This document shows positions 20,116-29,354 of a stretch of 64,000 bases of DNA, piece after piece (within the stretch, counting starts at the first letter, position 1; the number at the start of each line of letters is the position of its first letter). The stretch is from positions 64,001 to 128,000 of the forward strand of contig JANRKO010000062.1 in assembly GCA_033763455.1 (NCBI GenBank), in the 5' to 3' direction. The position numbers and the translations under genes were made by a program. The notes below the pieces were generated by a model. That model had not been told where the DNA came from. It did no database searches and saw nothing but the letters and a program-made list of their open reading frames with translations. Origin of the DNA: Polyangiaceae bacterium. GTDB lineage: Bacteria; Myxococcota_A; Polyangia; Polyangiales; Polyangiaceae.

Positions 20116-21516
20116 ATGGGTGCTACCGATCATGAGTTCGTGCCGCTCTACCCGGGCTTGCGGGTAGCGGTGCCTGCCACACTGGAGCTCATCACGCACT
20201 ATGTTCTAAAGGAGCAGGAAGACTGGTTTGAAGATGAGATAGAGTTCGTTCGCGGATTTATTCGGCCGGGAATGAACGCACTCGACATCGGGGCGAACTA
20301 CGGGGTTTACACGCTCACCTTGGGCGGCCTGGTCGCGCCCACAGGCCGAGTTTGGGCGTTTGAGCCGACACACAGTACCGCTGAGCTTCTGCGTGTGAGC
20401 GTGGCCGCCAATGCCCTCACCACCATTGAAGTTATCGAAGCCGGCTTATCGAATCGAGAGGGCGAAGCCAAGCTTTTCGTGCACGAGAATGCTGAGCTCA
20501 ATACGCTGAACCCAGAGCCCGGAGGTCAAGCAAGGTCCGAGATAATTCGGCTCCGCACGCTGGATAGCTGCTCAGCCGAATTGGGTTGGAAAGATGTTGT
20601 ATTCGTCAAGCTGGATGCAGAAGGCGAAGAGCTCCGCATTCTGGAAGGCGGGCGCCAGTTCTTCGCGGAGCACGATCCCCTGTGCATGTTCGAACTCAAA
20701 CACGGCTCCATACTCAATCTTCCGCTGGTTCAAGCTCTCAAGGAGCGGGGGTTCGGTCTCTATCGCCTGGTTCCCGGGCTCAACCTTCTGGTTCCCTTCT
20801 CGGAAACGGTCGCGCCGGACGCTTTTCTGCTGAACCTTTTTGCTTGTTCGCCAGCACGAGCAGCTGCGTGCTCGGCGTTGGGACGGTTAGCTACGGTACC
20901 AGCGCTTGCCGCAGAAATCCCCCAGTTTGCTTCGGATCCGGTCAGTACTTTGTCGAGCGCTTTCCCTTACGCGCGGGATTCGGCTGAACATTGGTCTGCC
21001 TCAAGGGCTCACGGGGAACCCGGCCGTGACATTGTGGAGCGCGCTTTAGGTCGTTACCTGGTTGCGCACGACACCAACCTTGATCCTGAAGTGCGCGCAG
21101 GCGCGCTTGCGGCGGCGTTCGACGATTGCGCCCAACTCATGCAAGGCAGCCCGCGCATTTCGCGCTTACTCACGACGGCTCGCGTTGCCTCGGAAATGGG
21201 CTACCGAATGTTAGCGATTCATACGTTGGATGCTGTGTTAAGCTCGCTGGATAGGGGTACCAGGCTTGATCTAGAAGAGCCTTTCCTTTCCCCGAATCCT
21301 CGCTTTGACGCGATCGAACCCGGTGGCTCCCTCCAGAAATGGTGCCTAGCAGGCATCCTTGAGCAGCTGGAGCGCTTGTCCCACTACTCGTCTTTCTACA
21401 CCGGCGACGCTAGCTTGCCGCGGCTCCGAGCTTTTCAGGAGCTGGGATTCGAGGGGCCTGAGATGTCGCGGCGGTTACACTTGGTGGAAACGCGGGTTCG
21501 ATCTTCTTCCGGTTAG
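20116..21516 (+). CDS. FkbM family methyltransferase with helical C-terminal extension
   Basis: LDIGANYG, WAFEP, RTLD and KLDAEGEE motifs. Confidence 0.88.
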   Translation: MGATDHEFVPLYPGLRVAVPATLELITHYVLKEQEDWFEDEIEFVRGFIRPGMNALDIGANYGVYTLTLGGLVAPTGRVWAFEPTHSTAELLRVSVAANALTTIEVIEAGLSNREGEAKLFVHENAELNTLNPEPGGQARSEIIRLRTLDSCSAELGWKDVVFVKLDAEGEELRILEGGRQFFAEHDPLCMFELKHGSILNLPLVQALKERGFGLYRLVPGLNLLVPFSETVAPDAFLLNLFACSPARAAACSALGRLATVPALAAEIPQFASDPVSTLSSAFPYARDSAEHWSASRAHGEPGRDIVERALGRYLVAHDTNLDPEVRAGALAAAFDDCAQLMQGSPRISRLLTTARVASEMGYRMLAIHTLDAVLSSLDRGTRLDLEEPFLSPNPRFDAIEPGGSLQKWCLAGILEQLERLSHYSSFYTGDASLPRLRAFQELGFEGPEMSRRLHLVETRVRSSSG

Positions 21517-21542
21517 TGTTCGCGTGAGGTATTCCGGGAGGT

Positions 21543-22259
21543 TCAACGCAGCGGCGAGAACTCAACGGACCGCACCGAAACGCCACCACTTAGCACTCGC
21601 ACTTCGAGCGATGCCCATTCGAGCCCCGGCGGCATCATGATGCCCGTTAGGTGACCTGCGTCCCCTTCGCTGAGCCGCCATGTTTGGCGGGCGCCGGGTT
21701 GCAGTGGGTTAAACACTTCGATTTCTGCCGAAGAGGGCAGGGCGGGGATCGGGGAGGGCTCGAGCTCTACGAGAATGTCGAACATAATCGCTTGACCGGC
21801 CTTGCTTGGACGAACGCGCAGCTTCAGCGCTTGGTTGTGAGCTTGCTCGCACGGTGGTTTGGGTAGCTGGGGGACGGGAAGGTTGAACGACGGAGTATTC
21901 TTATAGATGGCTGGCGAAATGATGTTGGCAACAGGATCGAATCGGGTAGCACAGGTAACGCTAAGATCGGCTCGGCCTTCTTCGTAGGGATGGCGTGCAC
22001 TCAACTGGAGGGGGGCTTCGAGCCCGCTCGGCATTGCTAACTTAAGGCGGCCTGCGAGCTCCTTGGCCAAGCTAAGCTTTGCGGGGCCCGTGAGGGAGCT
22101 CTTGGTCTTCAGTGCTCCCGAGAGCTTCAATGGCGCGGGTGCAGCATTCGGAATTGCCGGTTGGATCGGAGCCACCTTGGCGGGGCCGGGCTCGCCCTGA
22201 GCCGTAAATGTCCAAGTGGCGATCAGGGATAGTGCGATAATGGGTGACGATTGCTTCAT
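21543..22259 (-). CDS. Hypothetical secreted protein
   Basis: GAGGTG RBS before ATG 22259, signal-peptide-like MKQSSPIIALSLIATWTFTAQG; no family recognised. Confidence 0.6.
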   Translation of the reverse strand: MKQSSPIIALSLIATWTFTAQGEPGPAKVAPIQPAIPNAAPAPLKLSGALKTKSSLTGPAKLSLAKELAGRLKLAMPSGLEAPLQLSARHPYEEGRADLSVTCATRFDPVANIISPAIYKNTPSFNLPVPQLPKPPCEQAHNQALKLRVRPSKAGQAIMFDILVELEPSPIPALPSSAEIEVFNPLQPGARQTWRLSEGDAGHLTGIMMPPGLEWASLEVRVLSGGVSVRSVEFSPLR

Positions 22260-22571
22260 TTTACACCTCGGGGAGTGGCGGATGGGCGTCAGGCTAGATG
22301 GCTTACGTTGAGACGGCCTTTGTGGCTTCCCCAGCATAGCCTGCGACCAAGCGGTTCGGCCCACTAGCTCCTTGAAGCGCCAAGATGAGAACGCTCGTCC
22401 CACGGGCGGGCTTGGGGCGAAGCGCCTCGTTCCAGGACCGTGGATTTTTGCACATGACACGCTCGTGACAAACCTTCCCCCTCCGGTCGGTCCATGATCC
22501 TTTACCTAGGCTAGCCCCAAGCGGCCGCCGTTTTCCACCCCCCCGCCTCACACATAACGAAAGACAGACCG

Positions 22572-23432
22572 TTGAACCAGGATCTTAAGGAACTCGATTG
22601 GACCAATATTCTGTTTCTGGCGTTTGCACACCTCCTGGCGTGCGTAGGCGTTTGGTGGATGGTGGTTCACTTCAATCCTTGGACACTCGGTTTGGGTGTG
22701 GTGTGGCTGATTCTATGCAGCCTCAGCATAACTGCTGGGTACCATCGTTTGCTGGCGCACCGCACGTATCAGGCGGCGGGCTGGGTGCGATTTCTGGTGA
22801 TGTGTTTGGGTGCAGCTTCTGTGCAGAATTCGGCGCTGCAATGGGTGAACAATCACCGCGTGCACCACTCCAAAGTGGATCGCACCGAAGATCCCTACAA
22901 CATCAAACGCGGCTTCCTCTGGGCCCACATTGGCTGGGTGTTGTTCAAAGATCGTGAACCTGTTGTGAAGCGAGTGCGCGATCTTCAGGCCGATCCACTC
23001 GTGACCTGGCAAGACCGCTATTATGTTCCCTTGGCGATTGCAGTGGGTGCGCTCGTGCCGATGGCGATCGGCACATTGTGGGGTGACGCCGTGGGTGCGC
23101 TACTCATCGCAGGGTTTTTGCGCCTCGTGGCCCAATATCACGCAACTTTCGCCACCAACTCGCTTGCCCACACCCTCGGGCATCGGCCGTATGATAGGTC
23201 CACATCTGCCCGCGACCATTTCCTGACGGCAGTGTTCACCTTCGGCGAGGGTTACCACAACTTCCACCACCGTTTTGAGAACGACTACCGCAACGGCGTG
23301 AAACCGTGGCAATTCGATCCCACTAAGTGGCTGATCTTTAGCCTTTCGTTGGTCGGGGCCGCAAAGGATCTGAAACGCGCCCCCAAGGAAAAGATTCTGC
23401 AGGCCCAGGCTCAGGCGCGAGCCCTCGGGTAG
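22572..23432 (+). CDS. Delta-9 acyl-CoA/acyl-lipid desaturase
   Basis: Three His boxes HRLLAH, HRVHH and HNFHH, plus GFLWAHIGW and DPTKW. Confidence 0.93.
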   Translation: MNQDLKELDWTNILFLAFAHLLACVGVWWMVVHFNPWTLGLGVVWLILCSLSITAGYHRLLAHRTYQAAGWVRFLVMCLGAASVQNSALQWVNNHRVHHSKVDRTEDPYNIKRGFLWAHIGWVLFKDREPVVKRVRDLQADPLVTWQDRYYVPLAIAVGALVPMAIGTLWGDAVGALLIAGFLRLVAQYHATFATNSLAHTLGHRPYDRSTSARDHFLTAVFTFGEGYHNFHHRFENDYRNGVKPWQFDPTKWLIFSLSLVGAAKDLKRAPKEKILQAQAQARALG

Positions 23433-23434
23433 CG

Positions 23435-24310
23435 TTAGCTCTGTTCGTCCCGCCACTCACTCGGGCTTAGCCCGTGACGCTCCCGAAACACGCGTGCAAA
23501 GACGGTGGCGTTCGGGTAGCCAACTTGCGCGCCGATGTCTCCAATTGGAAGCGTTGTGTTTCGCAGCAATCTTTCGGCTTCATTCAGCCGCAGATCTCTC
23601 AGGGCTTTGCCCGGGCTGATCCCCCGGAGCTCCGTGTACGTGCGCGTGAAATGGGCGCGTTTGAGGCCGGCGGCTTTGGCAAAGTCGTTCACGTCGAACG
23701 GGTAGGCAAGGTTCGTACGGGCGGCGGCATCGGCACGGCGGAGGCGTGTTTCTGGATCTATTAAGCCCGGACCTCGACGCTCGCGCGGCGCCTGATAGGC
23801 CAACCAGATCTGCAAGAGGCCCTGGAGTTCATGATTTGCAGACAAAATGTCCAAGGGATCGGCCGTTAGCCAGCGGTGTATGATAGGGCCAAGGCTCGCC
23901 GCAAATAGCGGCTCGAGCTTTTTGGGGACCTGAACGGGGAGGTCTAGTCCGAAGGCCTCGAGCAACGTCGGCTGGAGCAAGTGCTGCCGTTCCGTGAGAT
24001 CGGAATCATACGAGTAGGCGTTTTTATATTCACCGCGCCGTTCGTTGAAGATCAGATCGAAGTGCACGAACATCGTCCGACTGCCCTTGAGAGATCCCAA
24101 GCGCTGAGTGAGCACTCCGGGTTGGATGAGGTACGAAGCTTTGGGAGGGATCTCGATCGCTTGCTTTTCAACGACGATCTGTTCTGTGCCTTCGTAATTG
24201 AGCACCAGGAGATAATGGGGGAGCCTACGTTCAAGGATCTCCCACGGTGGGCGCTTGAAATCCAGAGCGTCGAGGATCCAAACGGCGTAGGGGCGTTCCA
24301 GCGCAAGCAT
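23435..24310 (-). CDS. AraC family transcriptional regulator
   Basis: N-terminal cupin-like region and C-terminal double HTH (IGAQVGYPNATVFARVFRERHGLSPSEWR). Confidence 0.9.
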   Translation of the reverse strand: MLALERPYAVWILDALDFKRPPWEILERRLPHYLLVLNYEGTEQIVVEKQAIEIPPKASYLIQPGVLTQRLGSLKGSRTMFVHFDLIFNERRGEYKNAYSYDSDLTERQHLLQPTLLEAFGLDLPVQVPKKLEPLFAASLGPIIHRWLTADPLDILSANHELQGLLQIWLAYQAPRERRGPGLIDPETRLRRADAAARTNLAYPFDVNDFAKAAGLKRAHFTRTYTELRGISPGKALRDLRLNEAERLLRNTTLPIGDIGAQVGYPNATVFARVFRERHGLSPSEWRDEQS

Positions 24311-24607
24311 CGTCTACTTCGCGTTCAGAGCAGGCATGAGCTTAGCAGTTACCAGCCCGCGGTGGACCAAAAAGGCGCACGAGGCCCTCAGATTATTGTG
24401 CGAAAAGGCCTGCTTCCGGTGGCGCAATGATTCAAAAAGTGGAGTGTCAGACAAAGTGTCTACTGGCCACATCATGCCACGAACGCCCTTGCTCTTTTCT
24501 ACGTACAGTCCCTCGTAGTTGGCGAGCGCATCCGGTGCGTATCGGCCAGCGTAGGAAGCGTGGGCTTGCTGGGAGCTTTGCCAGGTGAGCCAACCAAGCG
24601 CCGCGGA

Positions 24608-25771
24608 TCACAATGGGACGCGGAACGAGGGTACAGCGTTGCGCCGAAAGTGAGAAGGCGTTTGCTTCAGGACCCTGCGAAACGCCACCTGCAATTGGCG
24701 AACTTTTCCAAAACCACTTCGGTAGGCTACATTCTCCATACCGAGCTCGCTTTCGGCCAGCAGGCGCTCGGCCTCTTCGAGGCGAAAGCGGAGCCAGGCC
24801 TGGGCCGGCGAGATGCCGATCGATTCTCTGAACTTTCGCTCCAGAGTTCGGCGTGAGCAGCCAATGGTGTCGAAAAGCTCGCGTAGGCAGTTTTCGTCCG
24901 TGGCGTTTGCTTGCAAGTGGATCAGAGCTCGCGCAACCGACGGGTCACCTGCAGCAATGGCCTCCGTTGAGCGCCGGGTAACGACTCGAATGGGGGGCAA
25001 CCGAATGTGCTCGGCCGGGGCTCCCTCAAGGGCCATCCGCTCAAGGAGGTTCGCAGCCACGTAGCCGCTGCGTTCACCAGCTATTTGCACGCTACTCAAC
25101 GAAGGAGCCGCCAACGCGCAGACGGGGACGTCGTTGTCGACACCTAGGAGCGCAATCTGCTCTGGGACGGAAATCCCCAGCTCTCTGCACAATTCCGTTG
25201 CGGACAGCGCCGCATTGTCCGAGGCGCACAGGACGGCGGCTGGTTGGGGCAGGCTCAGAAGCCAACTTCTTAGCTCCTCCAGCTCACGGGTGAGCGAGCC
25301 GGTGCTGGCATAGGACGGATGGCTTGGTGTTGCCGACGTGACAGCCACCTGACACTCATGCCCGAGCTTGCGAAGCGCTGTCTGAAATTCACGGCAGCGA
25401 GCGTCGACCGCGCCTTCAACAGTGGCATAGTACCCGAAGTGTCGGTAGCCGCGCCCCATGAAGTAACCTGCCGCCATCTTGCCGATTGCCGATTCGTCGT
25501 TATCGACGGATCCCACGCCGGGGGACGTAGGCGCTTCGCCGAAACACACAAGAGGGATTTGGGCGCGTTGGATCAGACCTAGACATTTCGCATCTAGATG
25601 TTTGCCTAAGATGCCATCAGGAGTTACCTGCAACAGCCGTTCAATACCTGACACGCTCGGGCTTTCCCAAGTAAATACCCACGGTTTGCTCGGTCGCGCA
25701 TAGGCCGCGATCCCCCGCAGAAACATCTCGCTTGGGCCGCCCCGGCGGTCCATCGCCAAACCTACGTGCAT
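24608..25771 (-). CDS. XylR-type regulator (LacI-like sensor plus AraC HTH)
   Basis: LRGIAAY, VDNDESAIG, VPEQIALLGVDND and SLSSV; C-terminal SRRTLERKF...VAYRSGF. Confidence 0.88.
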   Translation of the reverse strand: MHVGLAMDRRGGPSEMFLRGIAAYARPSKPWVFTWESPSVSGIERLLQVTPDGILGKHLDAKCLGLIQRAQIPLVCFGEAPTSPGVGSVDNDESAIGKMAAGYFMGRGYRHFGYYATVEGAVDARCREFQTALRKLGHECQVAVTSATPSHPSYASTGSLTRELEELRSWLLSLPQPAAVLCASDNAALSATELCRELGISVPEQIALLGVDNDVPVCALAAPSLSSVQIAGERSGYVAANLLERMALEGAPAEHIRLPPIRVVTRRSTEAIAAGDPSVARALIHLQANATDENCLRELFDTIGCSRRTLERKFRESIGISPAQAWLRFRLEEAERLLAESELGMENVAYRSGFGKVRQLQVAFRRVLKQTPSHFRRNAVPSFRVPL

Positions 25772-25790
25772 CGTAGCTCGCAATCGGTTG

Positions 25791-25936
25791 TGTCGCGAAC
25801 AGCCGCATTCCTCACAAACACTGGCGCAAGTATGAAGGCCCGCCGCCGGTTGCGCCAGCAGCGCAGAAGTTCTCGCACAGAAGTAGAAAAACACTGGCAC
25901 TTTCTCGAGCCACCCGACGCTACGGCGTGTCGCAAA
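25791..25936. promoter_or_regulatory. Repeated TG(T/G)CGC(A/G)A motifs in a divergent promoter, candidate XylR-type sites
   Basis: TGTCGCGA at 25791; CTGGCGCAA (25821) and TTGCGCCAG (25850) form a 9-bp inverted repeat; TGTCGCAA at 25928. Confidence 0.3.
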
Positions 25937-26071
25937 TGCACGCACGAAAGTCGGCAACCGGGCTTGTTTGGCATTAGTTGGCCCCGTAGATTGCCTATTA
26001 TCGACACGAACCTGTCGGCCTTTTGGCGCCGAATAACGGGCGTCCAACTGTCTATTTGGAGAACCGCACCC

Positions 26072-27829
26072 ATGCGCTACGCGTACCGCGACTACACGAG
26101 CAGCTCGACCCTGCCGGGAGCCAAAGGCTCGCATGCATTGCTCCCCTCATTGCTAGGTTGCTGTCTTCTGCTGGCCGCGGGCTGCGCCAACGAGGCAGAG
26201 AGGGGGCCGGGCCGAAGTCCTTTAGGTCCGGCTACGCCAGCGGTGGGCGACCCAACTTCGATGCCCGGCGGCATGCCAAGTGGAACTCCAGGCCCAGGCC
26301 CAGGTCCAGGGGTTGTCGCTCCCGGCATGGTGCCGGTACCCGCCGGCGCGGTGGTGGGACCTGCGCTCGCGCGTCGGCTCACCAATGTGGAGTTCCTGAA
26401 CACGATCCAGGATCTTCTTCACCCGCAGGCTCCTCCCTCCGCCAGCCTCACGCCCGACACGCTGACGCGCGGGTTCGATAACCTGAGCGGATCCTTGCTG
26501 GTGCCTCCGTCAACTGCGTTTGCGTACGCGGAGTTTGCCGCCGAACAGGCGAAGTCGTTTCAGGTACCCGCGTGCGCCGCGCCCGCAGCGGAGGCGGACT
26601 GTGCGCAATCGTTCATTGCAAGCTTCGGCAAGTTGGCGTTTCGTCGTCCCCTCACCGCTGAGCAGTCGGCGCAGTACCTAGCTCTCTATACTGACCAAAA
26701 GGGTCGGAGCGATCACGCGGGGGGCATTCGGCAGGTGGTGCAGACGATGCTGCAGTCACCGTACTTCTTGTATCGTTACGAGAACGGCACCGAGGGCGCC
26801 CAGCGGACGCTCACGCAGCATGAGATTGCGAGCCAACTCTCGTACTTCTTGACGGCCACCATGCCCGATTCAGATCTGTTCCAAGCAGCGGATAACGGCC
26901 AGCTCTCCAGCGTAGAGCAGATCACCGCACAGGCGCAGCGCCTCTTGGGCAGCGAGAAGGCAAAGCCGGCAATACGTCGGTTCGTACTGGGGTTTTCGGA
27001 GCTCCTTGCCTTCGATCGAGTGGTCAAAGACAACGCCACCTATCCTGAGTTCACGGCCAAGCTTTCCGGAGCAATGCTGGAAGAGACCAGTCGCTTCATC
27101 GATGAGGTGCTGTGGCAAGGCGACGGCACTTACTCCACCCTCTTCTCGGCGCCCTATTCGTTCATCAATAGCGATCTCGCACCGTTCTACGGAGTGGCGG
27201 ATCCCGGGCAGGGCGGCACGTTCGTCAAGACCAATCTCCCGGGCACAGAGCGTCTCGGTCTCTTGACGCAGGCATCGGTCCTTGCGAGTCACGCAAAGCC
27301 GGGTGAATCCTCGCCCATTCATCGAGGGAAGTTCGTGCGCGTCGCGCTGCTTTGCCAGAACCTGCCAGCACCGCCCGCAGTTGTGCCAAAGCTCCCACCA
27401 CCTTCCCCGAATCTGACCACTCGTGAGCGCATCACGCAGCATTCAGCAGATCCCGCGTGTTCAGGCTGCCACCAACTGATCGATCCCATTGGGTTCGGAC
27501 TCGAAAACTACGACGGCATTGGTAAGTTCCGTACAGTTGAAAGCGGCATGCCCGTCAATGCGGCGGGCGCGTTCACCAGCACTTCGGACCTCAATGGCGC
27601 ATTCGTGGGGGGAACTGAGCTCGCCGCCAAGCTGGCGGCCAGTCGAGAGGCTCAGCAGTGCTTGGCCCAACGCGCTTACGGCTGGGCTTTCGGGCGCTCG
27701 GTGCTCGACCAAGAACTTCCCAAGCTCGCGGAGTTGCTCGGCCCGTTGTCGCAGTCTGGTTTGAATATCAAAGAGGTCATGTTGGCCATCACACGCGCCG
27801 ATAATTTCAGGTTTCGGTCATTCGAATGA
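26072..27829 (+). CDS. DUF1592/DUF1588 (PSD-domain) lipoprotein with one CxxCH heme motif
   Basis: Lipobox LAAGC; RRLTNVEF, AFRRPL, SPYFLYRYE, IASQLSYFL, SPIHRGKFV, CSGCH and DPIGFGLENYDGIG. Confidence 0.9.
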   Translation: MRYAYRDYTSSSTLPGAKGSHALLPSLLGCCLLLAAGCANEAERGPGRSPLGPATPAVGDPTSMPGGMPSGTPGPGPGPGVVAPGMVPVPAGAVVGPALARRLTNVEFLNTIQDLLHPQAPPSASLTPDTLTRGFDNLSGSLLVPPSTAFAYAEFAAEQAKSFQVPACAAPAAEADCAQSFIASFGKLAFRRPLTAEQSAQYLALYTDQKGRSDHAGGIRQVVQTMLQSPYFLYRYENGTEGAQRTLTQHEIASQLSYFLTATMPDSDLFQAADNGQLSSVEQITAQAQRLLGSEKAKPAIRRFVLGFSELLAFDRVVKDNATYPEFTAKLSGAMLEETSRFIDEVLWQGDGTYSTLFSAPYSFINSDLAPFYGVADPGQGGTFVKTNLPGTERLGLLTQASVLASHAKPGESSPIHRGKFVRVALLCQNLPAPPAVVPKLPPPSPNLTTRERITQHSADPACSGCHQLIDPIGFGLENYDGIGKFRTVESGMPVNAAGAFTSTSDLNGAFVGGTELAAKLAASREAQQCLAQRAYGWAFGRSVLDQELPKLAELLGPLSQSGLNIKEVMLAITRADNFRFRSFE

Positions 27830-27866
27830 TCACGCCGCGCAAGCTTCCCCGTAGAAAGGAAACCAC

Positions 27867-29279
27867 ATGATTTCTCGCGCAGTCCTGAAACGACGCTCAC
27901 TCTTGAAGCAGCTAGGTGCCTCGGCATTCCTTGCGATTCCAGTGTTCCGCTCGGTCATCGCTGAGGCTCAGGCAACCGCGCCTAAGCGATTGGTCTTGTT
28001 TCACTTTCCAAGCGGAGTGAGCACGAAGCAACTAGGAATGGAGGAGACGGTCAAGAACTCAACTTGGGACTATGACTACGTTCTCCAGGGTCTCAAAGAG
28101 ATCCAGTCTGACGTCATTGTTTTTCAGAACATGACGCATCCCACGGGTGATATTGTAAGCTCGTTCAACGAACTCGAAGGTCACGGGGGTGGCATGCGGA
28201 CAATGTTCACTGGCAGCACCGACCATGCTTCTACCGAAATTGTCCCAGTATCCCAGGCCTACGGAAAAACATCCTCGATCGATCAGCTAGTGGCCAATGC
28301 GCTCCAGCCGACGACGCAGTTTGGCTCACTGCAGCTGGGGGTGATCACTACCGCCAACGGTACCGCAGAAGGTCGGCGTTGTATCTTCAACAACGGGACT
28401 CACCTGGAGCCTGTGGAGGATCCCCAAGCCGTATTCTCTCGGCTATTCCCTAGTGGAGCGGCAGCGCCAGCCCCTTCCAGCACCATGGCGCCCGATCCTA
28501 ATGCGACAGCAGAGCTTCTGGCTGTTTACCAGCAGGGCAAGAGCCGTTTGGATCAGTTGAAAGCTGAGTTAGAAGCCGTTCGCAGTATCGTTTCCACCGA
28601 GGAGCGAGCCAAGTTCGACCTGCACCTGACGTCACTGCGCGAGCTTGAAAATGCCCTACCTCGGGTTGGGGGCTCTGGGGGCATTTCTCAAGGCGTGACC
28701 TGCCAAGCACCCAACATCGGCGGCATCCAAGGAACCCAGAAGAACGCGCCTGAATATTACAGTGTGGACTTCATTCAGCAGTTGGGGCCAGTCATGCAGG
28801 AGCTGGCCTATCAGGCCATCAACTGCGATTTGAGCCGCATCGTGAGCTTCCAATGGCTCTCCACGGGAGACAACAGCATCTTCCCTTTCCTCGGCATCAA
28901 AGACACTCATCACCACCTAGAGCACGGGTGGGGTGGGGGCGCGGGGATCAAAGGGGATTACGACAAGATCCAGACATGGCTCATGGATCAGATCTCTATG
29001 TTCATCAAACGCCTGCGCATGACACCTGAGAGCAACGGCAACATGCTGGACAACAGCGTGGTTCTCGTAGCCTCTGAGATGTGGGGTGGTCACGGCCACC
29101 AGGAGTACATCGGGCTGGTGGCTGGCAAGGGCGGTGGTGCCATCCGCCCAGGGCGTGTGTTGGACGCCGGAGGTCGGTCGAACAATGATCTGCTGGTTAC
29201 CATCGCCAACGCGATGGGCGTTAACGTGAACAGCGTGGGCGACCCGATGTACTGCGCCGGGCCAATCGATCTAAGTTGA
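27867..29279 (+). CDS. DUF1552 (HXXSHH) Tat-exported protein
   Basis: Tat leader KRRSLL; PKRLV, SIDQ, HLTSLRELE, CDLSRIVS, THHHLEH and MLDNSVV. Confidence 0.9.
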   Translation: MISRAVLKRRSLLKQLGASAFLAIPVFRSVIAEAQATAPKRLVLFHFPSGVSTKQLGMEETVKNSTWDYDYVLQGLKEIQSDVIVFQNMTHPTGDIVSSFNELEGHGGGMRTMFTGSTDHASTEIVPVSQAYGKTSSIDQLVANALQPTTQFGSLQLGVITTANGTAEGRRCIFNNGTHLEPVEDPQAVFSRLFPSGAAAPAPSSTMAPDPNATAELLAVYQQGKSRLDQLKAELEAVRSIVSTEERAKFDLHLTSLRELENALPRVGGSGGISQGVTCQAPNIGGIQGTQKNAPEYYSVDFIQQLGPVMQELAYQAINCDLSRIVSFQWLSTGDNSIFPFLGIKDTHHHLEHGWGGGAGIKGDYDKIQTWLMDQISMFIKRLRMTPESNGNMLDNSVVLVASEMWGGHGHQEYIGLVAGKGGGAIRPGRVLDAGGRSNNDLLVTIANAMGVNVNSVGDPMYCAGPIDLS

Positions 29280-29354
29280 GGACAGTCGAGCTTGCTGCAA
29301 CAACCACGACCCGTGGCAACGCCGCTCACGGTATCTGACGTGGGGCCCTCGTAC

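Noticed and set aside
26260..26350. Low-complexity Gly/Pro/Ser repeats (also near 9440-9490, 47560-47760, 56480-56660)
   Set aside because: They are coding linker regions of secreted proteins, not independent DNA repeats.
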